Shown here one piece after another: positions 60,669-64,000 of a stretch of 64,000 nucleotides of DNA. Source of the stretch: Squalus acanthias (taxonomy: Eukaryota); NCBI GenBank assembly GCA_030390025.1, contig CM059431.1, positions 129,768,001-129,832,000 of the forward strand, in the 5' to 3' direction. A model generated the notes under the pieces. That model was not told the DNA's origin. It did no database searches and saw only the letters and a list, made by a program, of their open reading frames with translations. The position numbers and the translations under genes are program-made. Position 1 is the first letter of the stretch. Each line of letters opens with the position of its first letter.

Positions 60669-63530
60669 GGGGGAGAAATTCGGTACCTGAGCACTTCCCG
60701 TTAGTGTCTACGGGGGTCGATAATGGGGTGCTACCGGCTTTGCGACCAGGTGCGCCGCTAGTACTGACAGCCACGAAATTGAGCTGGAGGTTTGCGGCGA
60801 TGGTAACCACTGGCACCACGATCTCCTGCACCAGGAGATCATGACGTCATCTGGGTGAGCAGCGCCCCGGCAGTGCCGCGGCTCAGAAGTTCACTCCCGC
60901 CCCCTGCCTGAGCACCTGCCCTGGAGTTCAGAAGAATGAGAGGCGATCTTATTGAAACATATAAGATTGTGAAGGGGCTTGATCGGGTGGACGCGGTGAG
61001 GATGTTCCCAATGATGGGTGAAACTAGAACTAGGGGACATAATCTTAGAATAAGGGGCTGCTCTTTCAAAACTGAGATGAGGAGAAACTTTTTCACTCAG
61101 AGGGTAGTGGGTCTGTGGAATTTGCTACCCCAGGAAGCTGTGGAAGCTACTTCATTAAATAAATTTAAAACAGAAATAGACCGTTTCCTAGAAGTAAAGG
61201 GAATCAGGGGTTACGGGGAGCGGGCTGGAAATTGGACATGAGTTTGAGTTCGGATCGGTCAAGGCCCTGTGGGTGGCGGAGCGGGCCCAGGGGCCGAGTG
61301 GCCTGGTCCTGCTCCTACTTGTGTTCTTTAGAGTTGAGGTTGGATCAGATCAGCCATGATCTCATTGAATGGCGGAGCAGGCTCGAGGGGCCGATTGGTC
61401 TACTCCTGCTCCTATTTCTTATGTTCTTATGTACAGGGAAGCAGTTTGCAGTCGGATGAGCGCTGGAGGAGTGCTATATAAAGAGGTCAACTTCCGTTTT
61501 TTTTTTGTCGGCTAACAATGCTGCCTTGTCAGTTTGACCCATTTGATCGTTTTCAACTTGAAGGAATATTTTGGCTGAGAAAAATTTATCACTTTCATTT
61601 GGGTTACATTTGACAGAGCAATATTTCCATCATTTAATGGGGGCTGTACTGGCACGGGACCTCGCCCTCCAGCGTCAATGTCGGAGGCAGCAGAGGCAGA
61701 GAGAAAGATTGGAAAACGTGACCAGAGGGGGGAGGGCCAACAGGGCTCTCATCAGGAGACCTTACCCTCCCAGGGTATTCTGGGAGAGTTCTCCTACATT
61801 CATCTCTCAGAGGAGCAGTACCTTAGAAGGCTCTGCTTCAGCAAGGAGGTGGTCACAGAGCTCTGCCACCTCCTGCAGCCAGAGCTCCAGCCTCAGCTCA
61901 GGACCAGGACGTCTCTCTCAGTGGCAGTGAAGGTCACAGTCGCTCTCAATTGCTACGCCATCGGCATCTTCCAGGCTTCAACAGGGGATATTGCAAACAT
62001 TTCACAGTTCGCCGTCCATTGCTGCATCCGGGAGGTAACAGATGCTCCCTACAGAAGGAGAAGGGAGTACATCTCATTCCCCCATGACCAGAGAGAAACA
62101 AGATGAACGCTCATGTGGCTTTGCAAGGATAGCGGGCTTCCCCGTGGTTCAGGGCGCCATTGACTGCACCCACGTGGCATTGCGGGCACCTCCTCACAAT
62201 GCAGAGGTGTTCCGCAACCGCAAAGGCTACCACTCTCTGAACGTTCAGTTGGTGTGCGACCACAGACAGCGCATCCTCGCCGTCAATACCCGCTATCCTG
62301 GCAGCAGCAACGATGCATTCATCCTGCGACAGACTGGTGTCCCAGCACTGTTGCCACCCACCACATGAAGCTCGCGGCTGGCTGCTCAGAGACAAGGGTT
62401 ATCCACTCGCCACCTGGCTGATGACACCCCTCCACAACCCCAACACTCCTGCTCAGCATGCATACAATGACAGCCATAGCGCCACCAGGAACCTGATCGA
62501 ACACACTATCGGGGTGTTAAAGCAAAGGCCCAGCTGCAGACTGCACCACCTCAGCATGGGCGGCAGCAGTCTGGGCTGGCTGGGTTACAGGCTGCGACAA
62601 GTGCAATGGTGGAGTGGCAGTGGTGGGAGCAGGAATGCTGTCATCCTGAGAGAGGACAGCACCTTCCTGCTTGACCGACACACTGCCACTCCCCCGGGGC
62701 AGAACCTCAGCATTCGGAGAAATCTGCTCGAGCACAGATTGCTGGCCTGCTGCGGCACCGTGAGATCCCCGGTGGACTGTGGGCGACCCAGCGACAATGG
62801 CAGCAGTCAGCGCTTGCGTGGCATCAATCTGAGACTGCATGAGTGCACTCTGAGATTGCATGCCAGCAACCACCGACTCCATTACAGCACTAAGCCGTTG
62901 TGTTGCCTCAACCTGTGCTCTGGGTCCCCACGGTCTTGCTGCGAATTGACCATCCTTCGCAAACTGCCAAGGATGGGCTCGATGGTGTGTGCAGAGATTA
63001 GTGCAAAGTTGGAGGCGGACTCCTCCAAGCTCCTAGCCAGTGCATCATGCTCTCGGGCACCCTTGCCATTGCACCCATGAACTCGGTGTGCATGCCCATC
63101 GCCCGTGTGGTCATCGCCTCCACATCAAGGTCTACGTCTGTGTCCTGTGCAGCAGAACTCACGCGTGAACTCACCCTCGGGGAGATGGCCCCCGAGCTTC
63201 CCTTTCCCCGTGGCGTTGCTGCAGCCCGCTGGGTCCCAGAGCTTCACCCACATCTGACCCATCTACTAGGCTCCTCTCCAGCGACCGCATCACCCCATTA
63301 TCGGACCTAGTGCCTTCGGGAGACACAGGCAGTGTGGCTCTGGCTTGTTCTTCCTCCTCGTCTCCCGCGTCGCTGCCACTGGGAGGCTGAGGGACAGGCT
63401 GGTCATGTGATGGCTGATTATCTGAAAGCATAAAGGCACAAGAGTGGGGTTAAGGTCAGGGGAGGGGGGCAGGAAGGGAGCAAGGAATGGAGACAGTATA
63501 CTTAGATGGAAAGTGGGAAAGGTGTGAGGG
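60669..63530. mobile_element. Harbinger H6 with central deletion; transposase + 61637-62525 joined to Myb exon 3 - 62526-63430
   Basis: TIR gggggagaaattcgg; [38 protein letters not shown]; then reverse-strand AVLSQDDSI peptide. Confidence 0.85.
60922..61432 (+). mobile_element. CR1 3' fragment with doubled 3' UTR module
   Basis: RRMRGDLIETYKI..RRNFFTQRVV; two tandem tails ending TTCTTATG. Confidence 0.9.
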
Positions 63531-63531
63531 G

Positions 63532-63990
63532 AAAAAAAAGACTTGCATTTATATGGCGCCTTTCTTGACCACTGGACGTCTCAAAGCACTTTACAGCCAA
63601 TGAAGTGCTATTTGGAGTGTAGTCACTGTTGTAATGTGGCAGCCAATTTGCGCACAGCAAGCTCCCACAAACAGCAATGAAATAATGACCAGATAATCTG
63701 TTTTTGTTATGTTGGTTGAGGGATAAATATTGTCCAGGACATCGGGGACAACTGCCCTGCTCTTCTTTGAAATAGCTGCCATGGGATCTTTTACGTCCAC
63801 CTGAAAGAGCAGACGGGGCCTCAGTTTAACATCTCATCCGAAAGACAGCACCTCCGACAACGCAGCACTCCCTCAACACTGCACTGGAGTGTCAGCCTAG
63901 ATTTATGTGCTTAAGTCCCTGGAGTGGGACTTGAACCCACAACCTTCTGACTCAGAGGCGAGTGTGCTACCCACTGAGCCACAGCTGACA
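63532..63990 (-). mobile_element. Full-length tRNA-derived Deu-type SINE
   Basis: Reverse-complement homologue of 10915-11376 with A box tggctcagtgg and B box ggttcaagtcc. Confidence 0.88.
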
Positions 63991-64000
63991 CAGCTCGAAG

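Noticed and set aside
62313..63080. 255-aa ORF as a transposase fused to a new domain
   Set aside because: The C-terminal part is the antisense reading of Myb exon 3 after a central deletion.
1..64000. CRISPR arrays, rRNA genes, prokaryotic operons and the many short ORFs in the track
   Set aside because: No regularly spaced direct repeats or rRNA similarity seen; the short ORFs are alternative frames or antisense readings of repeats.

Overview
Eukaryotic, repeat-saturated DNA. The repeat families point to a cartilaginous fish (shark), which is an inference. No intact host gene is recognisable. PIF/Harbinger DNA transposons dominate: at least six two-gene elements (DDE transposase convergent with a spliced Myb/SANT gene) plus many non-autonomous copies with GGG/GGCC-AGAAATT-type TIRs and 3-bp TSDs. 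Also present are CR1 LINE fragments, Deu-domain tRNA SINEs, L2 tails, Penelope fragments with minimal hammerhead ribozymes, a 1.35-kb solo LTR, a decayed Gypsy integrase and hAT MITEs. The most unusual object is a non-LTR retroelement at 12060-20917, about 3.3 kb once nested inserts are removed. A single TSD brackets a tRNA-like Pol III head (A and B boxes), a SINE-like body and one APE+RT reading frame with no ORF1. I found no TTTT on its sense strand, so it is a candidate Pol III-transcribed autonomous LINE.
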